IMG/VR virus record: IMGVR_UViG_3300017469_000055 | Coordinates: 1 to 7,612 of that record | DNA: 7,612 bases | Strand: one strand, 5' to 3' | In this document: positions 6,776 to 7,612 of the stretch, in pieces | How positions within the stretch are numbered: position 1 is the first letter of the stretch | Layout: the number at the start of each line of letters is the position of its first letter | The notes under the pieces: model-generated | The model's input: only the letters and a program-made list of their open reading frames with translations | The model's database searches: none | What the model was told of the DNA's origin: nothing | Program-made: the position numbers and the translations under genes

Positions 6776-6948
6776 GAGTTATAACTGTGAAACTTGAAGA
6801 AGACCTTCTTAATAAACTTGACAGTTATGCTGAAAATCATAATCTTTATAGATCAGATGTTGTTAGGAATGCAATTATAGAATATCTAATGAAACATTTA
6901 GAAAATAAAGAAAATCAAGAATTAAAAGTTGAGAAAAAAGGTCTATAA
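6772..6948 (+). CDS. RHH (CopG/aCcr1-like) regulator (58 aa: MRVITVKLEEDLLNKLDSYAENHNLYRSDVVRNAIIEYLMKHLENKENQELKVEKKGL)
   Basis: Manual translation. ATGA overlap with the svtR stop, GAGGAG SD at 6762-6767, classic RHH pattern, T-tract at 6964-6970 downstream. Confidence 0.85.
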   Translation: MRVITVKLEEDLLNKLDSYAENHNLYRSDVVRNAIIEYLMKHLENKENQELKVEKKGL

Positions 6949-6963
6949 TCTTAAGTTATTAAC

Positions 6964-6970
6964 TTTTTTT
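6964..6970 (+). terminator. oligo-T terminator of the svtR-RHH operon
   Basis: T7 run 16 nt after the stop, between convergent genes. Confidence 0.5.
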
Positions 6971-6973
6971 CTT

Positions 6974-7516
6974 TTAACTTATATAATTCTTAATTTTATA
7001 TGTTTCAAATTTTGGAAGAGTCACATTATTTTGTTTTTGATATTTTCCGTGATACGGTTTCTCAACTGGAGATAATGTTTTAGCGAAAATTAGATGTAAA
7101 AATCTCTGTCCAGATTCAAGTTTTACTGGGAATTCTGACCCTACAATTTCTATCGTAAGTTGTCCTTTGAATCCCGCATCCACGATAGTTGGAGGTATAG
7201 AAATTCCTAATCTAGCATATGTAGAACGTAAATTTACAAACGCCATAATGTCATTTGGCAATTCTATATATTCGTCAGTTGTCATTAAGAGATGTTCATG
7301 TGGTTGAACTATAATGTCATTTTTATTTATAATTTCGTAAAAATCTTCTATATTATCGCCTGGTTCAAAAACTTTGTTTGTCTTTTTTAGTCTGGCAAAT
7401 TGATTTCCAATTCTTAAGTCTACACCGTTTTCTCTAACTATTTCTTCATCAAATGGTACTATTTTTATCCATTCTTTTTCTAGATAATATTTTAAATCTC
7501 TATCGCTTAAAATCAT
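6974..7516 (-). CDS. dcd: dCTP deaminase / dUTPase (trimeric dUTPase-fold, Sulfolobales Dcd-like; 180 aa)
   Basis: [39 protein letters not shown] (putative catalytic Glu present) and [15 protein letters not shown]. Confidence 0.9.
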   Translation of the reverse strand: MILSDRDLKYYLEKEWIKIVPFDEEIVRENGVDLRIGNQFARLKKTNKVFEPGDNIEDFYEIINKNDIIVQPHEHLLMTTDEYIELPNDIMAFVNLRSTYARLGISIPPTIVDAGFKGQLTIEIVGSEFPVKLESGQRFLHLIFAKTLSPVEKPYHGKYQKQNNVTLPKFETYKIKNYIS

Positions 7517-7521
7517 ATTTG

Positions 7522-7560
7522 ATCAATCTAAAAAAACGTTTTATGACAAATATATTTCAA
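7522..7560 (-). promoter_or_regulatory. TATA+GTC rudiviral promoter of dcd
   Basis: Minus strand reads GAAATATATTTGTCATAA ... ATTGATCAAAT-ATG. Confidence 0.65.
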
Positions 7561-7612
7561 ACTTTATTTGTTTAATTGTTATCTGTAGATTTATATGTAT
7601 TTATTTCTATAA

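Noticed and set aside
6529-6840. 103-aa minus-strand ORF
   Set aside because: Antisense shadow of svtR and the second RHH gene.

Overview
AT-rich, gene-dense segment of an archaeal rod-shaped virus genome (Rudiviridae, SIRV/ARV/SRV-like; host probably Sulfolobales). Family assignments are by recognition and recall, not database searches. The core is the rudiviral replication module: HUH Rep, ssDNA-binding protein, AAA+ ATPase and Cas4-like nuclease. The window also has a virus-associated pyramid (PVAP/P98) egress gene set head-to-head with an SvtR-like RHH repressor that the ORF track missed, and two aCcr1-like RHH proteins (one also missed). A tandem-RHH-like protein and a winged-helix protein are present too. 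Both thyX and a host-type dCTP deaminase/dUTPase are encoded. The left end holds a partial acidic ORF and two tiny membrane peptides absent from the ORF track. A repeated promoter architecture (TATA + TGTCATAA, then an ATTGA initiator-like element) and several palindromic operator candidates are visible in the intergenic DNA.
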